The notes under the pieces are model-generated. The model had not been told where the DNA came from, ran no database searches, and worked only from the letters and a program-made list of their open reading frames with translations. A stretch of DNA of 64,000 nt from Candidatus Aminicenantes bacterium (GTDB lineage Bacteria > Acidobacteriota > Aminicenantia > Aminicenantales > UBA4085), in the NCBI GenBank assembly GCA_003141555.1, contig PLMN01000028.1:2785-66784 (forward strand), given 5' to 3'. The translations under genes and the position numbers were made by a program. How positions within the stretch are numbered: position 1 is the first letter of the stretch; each line of letters opens with the position of its first letter. Below are positions 47,304 to 57,705 of this stretch, piece by piece.

Positions 47304-48182
47304 CTACTCCAGGTTCTGGACCTGCTGGCGGATGCTCTCGATCTCGCCCTTGATCAGGAGCCCTTCCTTGGTGATCCCGATGTCCTGCGATTTGGAGTTG
47401 AGGGTATTGGCCTCGCGGGTCAGCTCCTGGGCGAGGAAATCGAGCATCTTGCCGGCCGGCTCCCCTTTCGGGGCGGCGACGAGCTTCAGGGCGGTGCCGA
47501 GGTGGCTCTTCAGGCGCTGGATCTCCTCGGCGACGTCGTAGCGCTGGGTCAGGTAGGCCACCTCCTCGGTCAGCCGCTCCCGGTTCTGGGGGGCGGCGCC
47601 GTTCAGCTCCTTGACCTTCTGGGAGAGCCGCTGCTTCACCAGGCGGGGCTGCCGCTTCATAAGCTTCTCGACCCGGCCGACCGCCCGTCCCACGTTCCGG
47701 ACATGGACCCGGATCTGGGCGGCGGTCTTCACGCCCTCGGCCTTGCGCGTCCGGATGACGTCGTCAAGCGTCCGGAGGAAGGCGCGCTCGAGGAAGCCCG
47801 CCTCCGCCGGGCCGAGGTCCTTGCGCCGGAGCTCCACGAGCTGCGGGATCCGGAACAGGCTATCGGCGGAAAAGACCAGGTCCTGCCCCACCTTGCCCGA
47901 GACGCGCCGCATCGAGGCCAGCACCTTTTCGAGAAGCCCCTCGTTGATGCGGAGATCCCAGCTGCCGGCGTCGGGGAAATCCAGGTCGAGTGAGACCTCG
48001 ACCCGCCCCCGGCTGATCCGCTGTTGGCACAGCGTCCGGAGTCGGCCCTCGACCTCGCCGTCCGGGGCGCCCTTGCAGATCCAGTCGAAGAAGCGGTGGT
48101 TCAAGCTCTTGATCGACACCTTCGCCCGCAGCGTCCGCGAAGCGTAGCTCCGCTCGGCGAAGCCGGTCATGCTCTGGATCAT
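47304..48182 (-). CDS. yicC: YicC/YloC family stress-induced protein
   Basis: MIQSMTGFAERSY...SLNHRFFD is the YicC N-domain. C-terminal DUF1732-like region. Confidence 0.8.
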   Translation of the reverse strand: MIQSMTGFAERSYASRTLRAKVSIKSLNHRFFDWICKGAPDGEVEGRLRTLCQQRISRGRVEVSLDLDFPDAGSWDLRINEGLLEKVLASMRRVSGKVGQDLVFSADSLFRIPQLVELRRKDLGPAEAGFLERAFLRTLDDVIRTRKAEGVKTAAQIRVHVRNVGRAVGRVEKLMKRQPRLVKQRLSQKVKELNGAAPQNRERLTEEVAYLTQRYDVAEEIQRLKSHLGTALKLVAAPKGEPAGKMLDFLAQELTREANTLNSKSQDIGITKEGLLIKGEIESIRQQVQNLE

Positions 48183-49990
48183 CGGGAATTCTCCTCGTCC
48201 TCGGGAAACTGGAGGTCGTGCAGTTTGCGGTAGAGACCGCTCTTCCCCATCAGCTCGTCGTGCGGGCCCGACTCGACGATCCGCCCCTTGTCGATGACCA
48301 GGATTCGGTCGGCGCTCCGGATGGTGGACAGCCGGTGGGCGATGATGAAGGTCGTCCGGTCCCGCATGACCGCGGCCAGGGCCGCCTGGATCAGCCGCTC
48401 GGACTCGGAGTCGAGGGCCGAGGTCGCCTCGTCGAGGATCAGGATGGGCGGGTTCTTGAGCAGGGCCCGGGCGATCGCCAGGCGCTGCCTCTGGCCGCGG
48501 GAGAGCTGTCCCCCGCGCTCCCCGATGGGCGCGTCATAACCCAGGGGAAGATCTATGATGAACCGGTGGCATTCCGCGGCCTTGGCCGCGGCCTGGATCC
48601 GGTCTTCGGACACGTTCTCGAGCCCGTAGGCGATGTTGTTCCGGACGGTGTCGTTGAAGAGGACGATGTCCTGGGTCACGAGCCCGATCTGGGACCGGAG
48701 CGAGAGGAGGGTGACGTCGGTGATGTCGATACCATCGATCGTGATCCGCCCCCGGTCGGGCTCGTAAAACCGCGAGAGGAGGTTGATGAGCGTCGATTTC
48801 CCGGCGCCGCTCAGCCCGACCAGGGCCACGGTCTGGCGGGGCAAGGCCTCGAAATCGACGTCGAACAGGACCGGCCGCCCGGGCACGTAGGCGAAGCCGA
48901 CCTTCTCGAACCGGACATGCCCCTGGACCGGGGGGAGCGGGTAGGCCGTCGGCTTGTCCTGAATCTGGGGCGGCACTTGGAGGACCTCCTGGACCCGGTC
49001 CAGGCAGGGGATCGCCTGCTGGATGACGTTGTTCGCCCGGCTCAGGCGCTTGATCGGCTGGAACATGTAGAAGATGGCCGTGGCGAACGCGGCGAAATCG
49101 CCCGGGCTGATGTGGTTCTGGGCGATCCGTTTGGAACCGATGAAAAGGATGAAGGCCCCGACGACGCCTCCGATGAATTCCATGAAGGGCGAGGAGAGCG
49201 ACGAGATCCAGGACAGCCGGATGTTGATCCGGTAATAATTGGCGGTCGACTTCAGGAACTTCCGGAGCTCGAAGGCCTCCATGGTGAAGGCCTTGACGAT
49301 CCGGTTGCCGGTGATCGTCTCGTGGAGGATGTCGTAGAGCTCCGACATCTTGAGCTGGGCCTGGCGGCCCGTCCGCTTGAGCCGGCGGCTGAAGGCGGCC
49401 AGGGGGACGATGGCCAGGGGCATGATGACCAGGGCCATGAGGGCCAGGGTCCAGTCCTTGACGAACATCCCGACGAGGAGCGCGACCAGGATGAACGCCT
49501 CCTCGATGATGTCCGCCATGGCGCTCGAGACCGCGTCCCGGATGCGGTCGACGTCGTTCGTCAGCCGCGACATCAGGTCGCCCGTGGTGGCCTGGTCGAA
49601 GTAGGCCGAGGACTGGCGGATGATGTGCCCGTAGAGATCGTCGCGCATCGTCTTGACGACCCTGTTGCCCACGACCTTCATGCACAGCGAGGACAGGAAC
49701 GTGAACAGCCCCTTCCCGAAGATGACGGCCACCAGGACGAAGGGCAGGACGCTCCGGATGTTCTGGCGGCTGATCCGGAGAAAGTTCCAGAGGAGATCCA
49801 GGGCGCGGGTCGTGGTCGGAGCGGCCGATGCGGCCGAGGCGGCTGCGGGCGCCAGGCGGAGCATGTCGTCGACGATCGGCTGGACGAGGTCGACGAAGAT
49901 GTACGTGAACAGCGAGACGAAGAGCGTGGAGGCGAAGGCCAGGAAGAGCCACTTCTTCTCGCTGAACGTCACCTTCAGGAGTTGGAACAT
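48179..49990 (-). CDS. ABC transporter permease/ATP-binding fusion, MsbA-like lipid exporter
   Basis: 6-TM domain followed by an NBD: Walker A GLSGAGKST, signature LSRGQRQRLAIARALL, Walker B ILILDEATSALD. Confidence 0.85.
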   Translation of the reverse strand: MFQLLKVTFSEKKWLFLAFASTLFVSLFTYIFVDLVQPIVDDMLRLAPAAASAASAAPTTTRALDLLWNFLRISRQNIRSVLPFVLVAVIFGKGLFTFLSSLCMKVVGNRVVKTMRDDLYGHIIRQSSAYFDQATTGDLMSRLTNDVDRIRDAVSSAMADIIEEAFILVALLVGMFVKDWTLALMALVIMPLAIVPLAAFSRRLKRTGRQAQLKMSELYDILHETITGNRIVKAFTMEAFELRKFLKSTANYYRINIRLSWISSLSSPFMEFIGGVVGAFILFIGSKRIAQNHISPGDFAAFATAIFYMFQPIKRLSRANNVIQQAIPCLDRVQEVLQVPPQIQDKPTAYPLPPVQGHVRFEKVGFAYVPGRPVLFDVDFEALPRQTVALVGLSGAGKSTLINLLSRFYEPDRGRITIDGIDITDVTLLSLRSQIGLVTQDIVLFNDTVRNNIAYGLENVSEDRIQAAAKAAECHRFIIDLPLGYDAPIGERGGQLSRGQRQRLAIARALLKNPPILILDEATSALDSESERLIQAALAAVMRDRTTFIIAHRLSTIRSADRILVIDKGRIVESGPHDELMGKSGLYRKLHDLQFPEDEENSR

Positions 49991-50000
49991 CGGACTCCGG

Positions 50001-51029
50001 TCAGACCGCCTTGCCCGTGAGAATCTTCCGGGCCAGCTCGAAGGCATTTAACGCCGAGCCGCGGGTCAGGTTGTCGGCCACGAGCCAGATCCAGGCCGCC
50101 CGCGGATTCCCCGCCTCGGTCTTGAGCTGCCCGACGAAGATCTCGTCCTTGCCCGAGACCGACACCGAGGACGCCGAAACGCCTTCCCGAAACGGGCTCA
50201 TCTTGAAGACGGGGCTCTTGGCGAAGACGGCCTCGAGGTCGCCGATCCCGGCCGCGCGGTCGAGCTCGGCGTAGGTCATGATCGAATAGGTGTGGAAGAC
50301 GGGGGCCTGGATGAAGGACATGGACAGGGGGAAATCCGGGCTCGACAGGACGCGCCGGATTTCCGCCGCGACGCGGAGCTCGTCGGGCCGGAACCCGCGC
50401 TCGTCGGTAGGCCCGGTATGGGACAGGATGTTGTAGGCGATCTGCTCCTTGAAGACCTTTTTCTTGGGCGTATGGCTGTTGAGGAGGGCCACGCTTTGGC
50501 TGGCCAGCTCCTGGATGCCGGGGTCGTCGAACGCCGAAACCGGCTCGAGGACGAAGGTGACGGCCTTGGCCACTCCGAAAGCCGACCGCAGGCGGTCGAA
50601 CATGGGAGCGAGCATGATCGTCGCCGGATGGGGGTTGGCGACGAGGAGCCCGCCCTCCGGACGGACCTTGCCGTCATTGACGCCGGCCACGAGCAGGGGG
50701 ACGTCCAACCGGTCGTTGAATGATTCCGAAAGGTCGATGGCCTTGAGTTCCCCCGCCAGGGCGCGCCGGCCGAAGGCCAGATTCGTCTCCCGATCCGCGG
50801 CCAGAAAGATGAGGTCCATCGCCGCCAGGGCATCCTCTTGAAGCCCATGGATGACCTTGGGCTCCTTCTTGAACTCCGTGAGCTTGCTGTATTCTTCCTC
50901 GACCTCCGGGTCGAAGAACTCGAGATCGAAGGCCGGGAACTTCTTCTGGGCGAACACGTTCTTGATTTCTTTGCCGCGGAGCGAATCCGTGCCGAGGAGG
51001 GCCAGCTTGAATCTTTTCTTGGCTTTCAT
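50001..51029 (-). CDS. USG-1/aspartate-semialdehyde-dehydrogenase-family protein lacking the catalytic cysteine
   Basis: 342 aa, collinear with Asd. The active-site motif position reads ANPHPAT in place of NP-N-C-ST, while the His is retained (VFHTYS). The whole protein contains no cysteine. Confidence 0.7.
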   Translation of the reverse strand: MKAKKRFKLALLGTDSLRGKEIKNVFAQKKFPAFDLEFFDPEVEEEYSKLTEFKKEPKVIHGLQEDALAAMDLIFLAADRETNLAFGRRALAGELKAIDLSESFNDRLDVPLLVAGVNDGKVRPEGGLLVANPHPATIMLAPMFDRLRSAFGVAKAVTFVLEPVSAFDDPGIQELASQSVALLNSHTPKKKVFKEQIAYNILSHTGPTDERGFRPDELRVAAEIRRVLSSPDFPLSMSFIQAPVFHTYSIMTYAELDRAAGIGDLEAVFAKSPVFKMSPFREGVSASSVSVSGKDEIFVGQLKTEAGNPRAAWIWLVADNLTRGSALNAFELARKILTGKAV

Positions 51030-51064
51030 GGCGTCAGTCCGCTAAGAATATCATAATGAACGAC

Positions 51065-52057
51065 TTATTTCAATTTTTGGTTTTCGCCGAAGATACCGAG
51101 CAGACGCGCGGCCAGTTCGGGCCAGGCGAACTCGGCAATCTTCCGGCGGCCCGCTTCGGCGAGGCGCGCCCGAAGCTCCGGATCCCGGGCCAGGCGGCGG
51201 AGCCGGCGGGCAAGAAGGAAGGGCATCGGGAACGGGACGACGAGCGCGGTCCGGCCGTCGAGCGCGAAATCGCGCGTGCCGCTCCGGGTGCAGACGACGG
51301 GCAGGCCGCAGGCCATGGCCTCGGCCGAGGTGTTCGACCAGCCGGCCCGCCGTTCGGCCATGAGGAAGATGTCGGCCCGGGAGAACAGCTCGGCCATCCG
51401 GTCCTGGGGAAGGTCCAGATGGAATTCGAAGGGGACCTTGGATTTGATCAAAGGGCGCGGATCTCGCCGGTCCCGCCCGACGAGGGCGTCAAAGAGAATA
51501 AGGCGGATCGACGGGAATTCGCGACGGAGCCGCTCAACGGCGCGGATCGCCTGCGGCACGCCCTTGCGGCGCCGGGTGATCCGGCCGTAGCACAGGATGA
51601 CAGGCCCGGCGGGATGCGGGCCCTCCGCCGGGAGGGGATGGAAGACGTCAAGGTTCACGCCCCCTGCCGCCCGTCGGCAGACGATGCCGTACTTCCGCTC
51701 CATCCGGCGGCAGATCCCCTCGGAATTGCCCAGGAAGAGAAGGTCTTTTCTCGAGGCGACCACCCGCTCCTGCTTGTGGCCCTCGAGGACGAAATAGAAA
51801 TATTTTGCCCGCGCCCGGAGCTCCTCGAACCGGGGCAGGATGGAATACTCGCTGCAGAGGACGACGTCGAACTCCCGATCTCCAAGCTTCGAGAACGGCA
51901 GGACCTCGCCCCGGAACTCGAACCAAACGGGCGAGCCGCCTTCCGGATGGAAAAGGGTGAATGCGTGCCCGCAGCGGACGAGCTCGTTGCCGAGCTCAAG
52001 GTAGCGGCGGACACCGCCGAAGACTTCGACGTGCGGGAGAAGGGCGGCGATCTTCAT
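51065..52057 (-). CDS. Glycosyltransferase family 4
   Basis: MKIAALLPHVEVFGGVRRYLELGNELVRCGHAFTLF... C-terminal GT4 domain. Confidence 0.7.
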   Translation of the reverse strand: MKIAALLPHVEVFGGVRRYLELGNELVRCGHAFTLFHPEGGSPVWFEFRGEVLPFSKLGDREFDVVLCSEYSILPRFEELRARAKYFYFVLEGHKQERVVASRKDLLFLGNSEGICRRMERKYGIVCRRAAGGVNLDVFHPLPAEGPHPAGPVILCYGRITRRRKGVPQAIRAVERLRREFPSIRLILFDALVGRDRRDPRPLIKSKVPFEFHLDLPQDRMAELFSRADIFLMAERRAGWSNTSAEAMACGLPVVCTRSGTRDFALDGRTALVVPFPMPFLLARRLRRLARDPELRARLAEAGRRKIAEFAWPELAARLLGIFGENQKLK

Positions 52058-52345
52058 GCGATCAGGTCTGGACAGGGGCTATTCTAGCAAAAAGCGGGGC
52101 GGCCGCCTAGGACGAATCGGGGGATTCCGCCCGGAAAAATTTGGTCAGTTTCACCCCTTTTCAGTCAATCTATGGTCAACGTAGAATTTGGTGGCCCATG
52201 TGGAGTATTACAGCGACCAACACAGTATCGATATCACAGGAAGGTTCGACGCTCGGAAATAGCGGGGCGTCAGTAGCAGCAGCGGTGCGGCAAGGCGCCG
52301 CGAATCGACGCCTGCCTCGCTTTCTGTCCCCCCTTCTGCCGGCAA

Positions 52346-54406
52346 CTACTTGACGACTTTCGGCTGCGGCAGGAAGTTCTCCATCACCCACAGCTCAATC
52401 TTGGGAGTTTCAATAATGCTGTACGCAAAGCGGCGGTTGTCCGGATTAAGCGTGAAGGAGTCTCCTATTTTGGGAATGGAGAGATCCAGCTTTAACGGCG
52501 CCCCGCCTTGCGCCGGAACCCGCCAGAATTGCCGATTTTCGGTATAAATCGCCTCGGCGATGATGTAACGGCCGTCCCTCGTCCACCTCAATCTGTACAC
52601 CTGGGCCAAACCGCGGAATAGCTCGCGCGGCTCACCTCCGTTGAGGGACACGATTTTTACGGCGCCATTCACCTGGAACACCACCTGCCGGCCGTCCGGC
52701 GAGAGGTCGTAGTACAACACCCCTGCCTTGGCAACTTCCGACACCTCGCCGGTGTCGAGGTTGCGTTTCATGATGATGTTCCCCCCCTTCACGAACACCA
52801 GGGTCTTCCCGTCCGGGCAGAGCCTGGGGCACTGGCCTTCATCCGCCAATCTCGAGATTTCGCTCGTTTCAATGTCAATTCGGAAGATCGCAGTTTCCGT
52901 GTCTGTGGACGCGGGCGCGATGATGGAGCGGCCGTCCGGTGCCCAATAGAGCGCGCCGACGCTACGAAGACGCGGCGACAGGAAGCGCTCTTCCCCGGTT
53001 GCAGCGGACCAGATTGTAAGGATGTTGTTTCCGGGAATATCTGCACCTGCGCGGGATACATAGAGCAATTTCTTACCGTCGGGTGACCATGATGGCTGTG
53101 ACGGTGGCCCGATATAACGCGTCGTGACCGGCGCGGGGGGGACGGGCACCTTGCCGGTTTCAAGGTCGACCTCACAGATGTAAAGGCCGCCTGAATTGGT
53201 GAAAGTCCCATAGTAAAGCGAGCCGTCGGGTGCAAAGCCAGCGGCTTCTGAATTATAGCCGAAGTCCTTTTTCAAAAGCTCCGGTTCTCCTTGCTGCTTC
53301 CCCTCGCTGATGGGAACGCTCCAGATGTCCCACGTCCCTGCGCGGTCGCTGAAGAAGACGAAGCTTTTCCCGTCCGGAGCCCAGGCAAGCACTTGATCCT
53401 CCGCCGGATGCGCCGCCACAACAACTTCATTCCGGCCATCGGCGGTCATTATGAAGATGTCGTCATGGGTTGGGCTTCCCTTACCCGCGGACGCGAACGC
53501 AACGAATCGCCCATCGGGCGATAAACGGGCGTAAGTGCTTTTGGCAACACCGCCCGGCGCTGCATGAATGTTCTTTAAAAAGCGGACCGAGCCGTCCGTT
53601 GTCGAGATAAAAATTATTTCGTACGCCTCGCCCCCATTGCCCAGGCTGCGATCGCGAATGGCGAAGATGGACCTCCCATCCGGTGACCAGTCCAAGGGAT
53701 AGACCACAGAGTCTTTCTCACTAATAAGTAGGCGGGAGCCTGAGCCATCCAGGTTTCTGATCCTCAGATCGCATCGGACCTCGTCTTCCGAGAACGACAT
53801 GTACGCGATTTGATTTCCGTCGCGCGAGAACGCTTGGAGACCGATGAGTAATTTTTCTTTCTCGTTCCAGGGCAGTCTGTTTTTGATTCGACTCCTCTGT
53901 CGGCTCGCAACTTCAAACTGCACCACGTCACCCGTGTCCCCGTCTATTCCTCTGAAGTACTTGCCATCCGCCGTCAAGGCGTTTTCGACGGCGGGAAGGT
54001 CTTGGACCCAGAGCCTGCGCAGCTGAAAGCCCGTGGGCGGGGAAGCGAAAACAGCACCCCCCGATGTCATCAAGGCGAGTTTTTCCCGGGCGATCATAAC
54101 CGTTTCGGATTGTTCGGGATAATTATCGATAACGGATTGAAAGGCTTTCTGGGCTTCCGTCACACCGGCCTTCTGGTAGCAGAGGCCGATATAAAGCTGG
54201 GATTTCGCGGCGGATTCGCGTTCCTTGGGGAATTTCTGGACAATCTCCCGAAAAAGCTTGATGGCCCCCTCGAGATCCCCGAGGCTTTCCATTGTGTACT
54301 TGGCCTTCTCGAACAGGACCTTCGCATCCGGCGCACTCTGGGCGCCGAACGCCAGGATAAAGCTGAAGAGGATCGCCCCCACCCCCATGATTTTTGTTCT
54401 CATCAT
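52346..54406 (-). CDS. Secreted TPR + TolB-like WD40/beta-propeller repeat protein
   Basis: Signal peptide MMRTKIMGVGAILFSFILAFGAQSA (ATG 54406, RBS GGAAGGAG). Repeated ..SPDG..L/I..F... propeller blades (WSPDGRSI, LSPDGRFV, WAPDGKSF, FAPDGSLY, WSPDGKKL, WAPDGRSI, CPDGKTL, LSPDGRQV). Confidence 0.7.
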   Translation of the reverse strand: MMRTKIMGVGAILFSFILAFGAQSAPDAKVLFEKAKYTMESLGDLEGAIKLFREIVQKFPKERESAAKSQLYIGLCYQKAGVTEAQKAFQSVIDNYPEQSETVMIAREKLALMTSGGAVFASPPTGFQLRRLWVQDLPAVENALTADGKYFRGIDGDTGDVVQFEVASRQRSRIKNRLPWNEKEKLLIGLQAFSRDGNQIAYMSFSEDEVRCDLRIRNLDGSGSRLLISEKDSVVYPLDWSPDGRSIFAIRDRSLGNGGEAYEIIFISTTDGSVRFLKNIHAAPGGVAKSTYARLSPDGRFVAFASAGKGSPTHDDIFIMTADGRNEVVVAAHPAEDQVLAWAPDGKSFVFFSDRAGTWDIWSVPISEGKQQGEPELLKKDFGYNSEAAGFAPDGSLYYGTFTNSGGLYICEVDLETGKVPVPPAPVTTRYIGPPSQPSWSPDGKKLLYVSRAGADIPGNNILTIWSAATGEERFLSPRLRSVGALYWAPDGRSIIAPASTDTETAIFRIDIETSEISRLADEGQCPRLCPDGKTLVFVKGGNIIMKRNLDTGEVSEVAKAGVLYYDLSPDGRQVVFQVNGAVKIVSLNGGEPRELFRGLAQVYRLRWTRDGRYIIAEAIYTENRQFWRVPAQGGAPLKLDLSIPKIGDSFTLNPDNRRFAYSIIETPKIELWVMENFLPQPKVVK

Positions 54407-54491
54407 CCGGCTCCTTCCCATCAACATTCCTTTTGCACTCCCAATATAGCCGGTCGACGCGTCGAAATTGTCAAGGAAGTGTAAAAGATTG

Positions 54492-55184
54492 TCAGACGAG
54501 CCGATACCCCTCGCCATAGACGGACAGGATGTGCTTCGGATGGGCCGGATCCTCCTCGATCTTCTTTCTCAATTTCAGGATATGATTGTCGACCGTCCGG
54601 GTCGTCGGGAATTTTTCATATCCCCAGATTTTTTCAAGGAGCGCTTCCCGGGTGACGACCTCACCCGCGTGTTCGATCAAGTGCTTGAGGATGCTCATTT
54701 CCAGGGACGAGACGTCCGTCCATTTCCCTTTTCGTTGGACTTTGAACGCGGCGAAATCCACTTCGCAGGCGCCGATCCGATGACGGGATCCCGCCGCCCC
54801 GCCGCCCGCCTTCGATCGTCGGAGCAAGGCCTTAATCCTCGCCTGAAGCTCCCGGAGCCCGAACGGCTTGATCATGTAATCGTCGGCCCCGATCTCCAAT
54901 CCGACGACCTTGTCCGCCTCCTCCCCTTTGGCGGTCAACATAAGGATCGGAATCCCGGACCCGGTCTTCCGGATCTCCCGACAGACCTCGAGCCCGTCCA
55001 TCTCCGGCATGCGGATATCGAGGAGGACGAGATCGGGCGCCTCCGTCAAGGCGAGGCGCAGACCCTCTTTGCCGTTTGCGGCCAGGAGGATCTCGTAGCC
55101 CTCATCCGCCAGGTTGAGCTTGAGCCCTTTGGCCAAGTCCATTTCATCCTCGACGATCAGAATCTTTTCGTTCATGACCTTCAT
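54492..55184 (-). CDS. OmpR-family two-component response regulator
   Basis: Receiver domain (ILIVEDEMDL..DLVLLDIRMPEMDG..LTAKG) plus winged-helix C-domain. Confidence 0.85.
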   Translation of the reverse strand: MKVMNEKILIVEDEMDLAKGLKLNLADEGYEILLAANGKEGLRLALTEAPDLVLLDIRMPEMDGLEVCREIRKTGSGIPILMLTAKGEEADKVVGLEIGADDYMIKPFGLRELQARIKALLRRSKAGGGAAGSRHRIGACEVDFAAFKVQRKGKWTDVSSLEMSILKHLIEHAGEVVTREALLEKIWGYEKFPTTRTVDNHILKLRKKIEEDPAHPKHILSVYGEGYRLV

Positions 55185-57280
55185 GCTCCCGGCCCGACCT
55201 GGATGGGCAGGAAAACGGAGAACTCGCTCCCCTTGCCGTATTCGCTCCTTGCCTCGACCCGGCCGCCGTGGGCTTCGACGATGTGCTTGACCAGAGTCAG
55301 GCCCAGGCCGCTCCCGCCCCCGCCTCCGGACGGATCGTTCCCGCCGCGATAGAATTTGTCGAAAATCCGGGGCAGGTCCGTGGGGGCGATCCCTTTCCCT
55401 TTGTCGGCGATCCGGAGAACGGCCTGTCCGTTCTCGAGCGAAAGACGGATGCCGACGTCCTTCTCGTTCGGCGAGAATTTCATGGCGTTGCTCAACAAAT
55501 TAACGACGACGCTGGCGATCGCTTCGCGGTCGAACCGCACGGCCGGAAGATCGGCGGCGATGTCCTCCCGGATCGAGAAGCCTTTCTTTTCCAGATGATA
55601 GCGATAGGATTCCACGGTTTCACTCACCACGGCAGCCAAGTCTCCGAGCCGGAAATCGAATTCTTTCCGCCCCATCTCGATCCTCGAAAAATCAAGAACG
55701 TTGTTGATCAAATGGGACAACCGTTCGCTCTCTTTGGCGATGATCTTCAAGGCATCTTTCTTCTCAGGATCGCCCAAGTTCGGTTTTTGTTCCAAAGTTT
55801 CGGCATACAACCGAATGAGCGTCAGCGGCGTCTTGAGCTCATGGGAGATCGTATGAACGAATTCCGTTTTTTGGGCGGTGACTTGGGCTTCCCGGGAGAT
55901 GCTTCGGATAATAAGCCCGGCCCCGACCGCCATGAGAACGACTACGATCAAAATGAGCAGGATATAAAAGATATTTTCCCGTGCGGCCGCACGGTCGAAA
56001 TCGAGCATGGCGGGCTGGGAAACGACCAGCTTGAACGGCAGCGGAAATTCCCGGAACGAAAAAGGGATCACGCCCGCGGCGACCGCGGGAGTGCCCACCG
56101 ATTCCCCTGGTACTTCGGCAAGGATATTTTTCCCCATGGTATCCAGGAGACTAAAAGTAGCACCCGAACTTTTGTCTAGATCTCCCAGGACGGAAGGAAC
56201 GATAGACTTCATGAGAGATGCCGTTTCCCAACACACTCCGGCGATCGCGGGGCCCTCCGCGCCCGAAGCCGGGACGGGAGCGAAGGAGATGAGAAATGAG
56301 TCTCCATCGCCGGGCAGAAGAAAGCGTCCCGGGCGGTCCCGGGAGATGGAAGGATCGAGGGCGGAAGCTTCCTTGATCCGGAGCACGATCGAGGTTTGGA
56401 GAAGATCGCGAAATCGCAGGTCTTGCTGGAATCCCATCGCGCGGACCTTTATAAGACGATAGGACTTTTCGAGAGCTAGGTAACGAGGATCCTGGATTCG
56501 CGGCTCGACGGTGGCCTCGATCTCCATCCGGAAAAATTGATATCCGGCTAGATCGATCGGCCATACCCCCCCATCGATTTTTCCCCGCAGCTCAATCAGA
56601 ACGGACAATCTCCGTTCCTCGTTTCCCCGGAGGCCTTCGATGTCCGCGATCCGCATCGCGGCGATGATTCCAAAGGGATGGCCGGAGGAATCGCTCAGCC
56701 GCCCGAACTTGGCGGCCAATTCATCGAAATCCGCGAGCGCCCCCGGATAATCCCGGAGTACGATCGCGCACCGGCCTCGCGCCATCAGGGCCAAGGCCCG
56801 GCACCGCTCAGAGGATGATGCTTCGGCCGCCTTTCGATACAATTCCGCGGCCTGGCGAAAATCCTTGGCTTGGTATTCCGCCTTCTCCGCTTCGGCCCAA
56901 TAGCGGCCACCTTCTCGACCAGCCTCCCCGTCGGAACAGGAGAACGAGGCTTCGTCCTTCTTTACTACTTCCGGATTCAGGATCTTATAATCGGCTGAGA
57001 GAAGAAATGTCCGACCCGCATCCGCGTCCGAGGACGCGTCATGTCCTCCGGCGAGCCTGACCCGTTCGAGGCCATGGATTCTATCTTCAATGGATTTCAG
57101 GGCCGCTTCTCCGGATAGATAGAGGCTCATGCCGTAAAGTTTCCGGGCCGCTTCCCGTCGTCTCGAGATGGAATTGAATCCCAGATACCCGACGACGAGC
57201 GAAGGGAGAACGACGGATATCAAGACGATCAGGACGATTCTGCGCCTGCCGGATGTTCCTCGAGCGACTGAGATCGCCAC
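55181..57280 (-). CDS. Sensor histidine kinase with large periplasmic/TPR-like N-domain
   Basis: Two TM segments, H-box HELKTPLTLIRLYAETLE, and ATPase G-boxes (GGSGLGLTLVKHIVEAHGG). Confidence 0.8.
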   Translation of the reverse strand: MAISVARGTSGRRRIVLIVLISVVLPSLVVGYLGFNSISRRREAARKLYGMSLYLSGEAALKSIEDRIHGLERVRLAGGHDASSDADAGRTFLLSADYKILNPEVVKKDEASFSCSDGEAGREGGRYWAEAEKAEYQAKDFRQAAELYRKAAEASSSERCRALALMARGRCAIVLRDYPGALADFDELAAKFGRLSDSSGHPFGIIAAMRIADIEGLRGNEERRLSVLIELRGKIDGGVWPIDLAGYQFFRMEIEATVEPRIQDPRYLALEKSYRLIKVRAMGFQQDLRFRDLLQTSIVLRIKEASALDPSISRDRPGRFLLPGDGDSFLISFAPVPASGAEGPAIAGVCWETASLMKSIVPSVLGDLDKSSGATFSLLDTMGKNILAEVPGESVGTPAVAAGVIPFSFREFPLPFKLVVSQPAMLDFDRAAARENIFYILLILIVVVLMAVGAGLIIRSISREAQVTAQKTEFVHTISHELKTPLTLIRLYAETLEQKPNLGDPEKKDALKIIAKESERLSHLINNVLDFSRIEMGRKEFDFRLGDLAAVVSETVESYRYHLEKKGFSIREDIAADLPAVRFDREAIASVVVNLLSNAMKFSPNEKDVGIRLSLENGQAVLRIADKGKGIAPTDLPRIFDKFYRGGNDPSGGGGGSGLGLTLVKHIVEAHGGRVEARSEYGKGSEFSVFLPIQVGPGA

Positions 57281-57370
57281 GTCTTATTCCCTGCTTGAAT
57301 CTTAACAAATATCTCTCTCGGAATGTCAAAACATTGTAAAAGATTGTTAAGTATCGGATGAGAAAGGCTA

Positions 57371-57399
57371 TTGAATCGATCCCGACAATTGGATATAAT
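57371..57399 (+). promoter_or_regulatory. Sigma70-type promoter TTGAAT-N17-TATAAT for tRNA-Phe
   Basis: -35 at 57371-57376, -10 at 57394-57399, about 21 nt upstream of the tRNA 5' end. Confidence 0.5.
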
Positions 57400-57420
57400 G
57401 CGGCCCGAGTTGACGAACGA

Positions 57421-57493
57421 GGCGAGGTAGCTCAGTCGGTAGAGCGAGGGACTGAAAATCCCTGCGTCGGCGGTTCAATTCCGTCCCTCGCCA
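57421..57493 (+). tRNA. tRNA-Phe (anticodon GAA)
   Basis: 73 nt. Acceptor stem GGCGAGG/CCTCGCC, D-arm GCTCAGTCGGTAGAGC, anticodon loop CTGAAAA (GAA), T-arm GGCGGTTCAATTCCGTC. CCA is not encoded. Confidence 0.9.
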
Positions 57494-57614
57494 TTCCCTT
57501 CCCCCTCCCCGAGAGATGCGCGAAAATCATTGTTTTTATTGATCTTTATACCTGTCTGGAGCCTCGGAAATACCGAGAAAGAGTGAGAAAATAAGCGAAA
57601 CGGGATGAAGTGAT

Positions 57615-57705
57615 TGTGGCGTAAAACTACGCCACAGTCGGCCCCGAGAAATTCTAATTATTGGATTTTGGTGAGGGCTATTGTGGCGTGGTTTTTAGGC
57701 CACAC
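57615..57705 (+). repeat. Two copies of ATTGTGGCGT, each followed by its inverted complement (hairpins TGTGGCGT-N6-ACGCCACA and TGTGGC-N11-GCCACA)
   Basis: Read directly at 57615-57635 and 57680-57705 in the AT-rich leader between the tRNA and the first islet gene. Confidence 0.4.
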
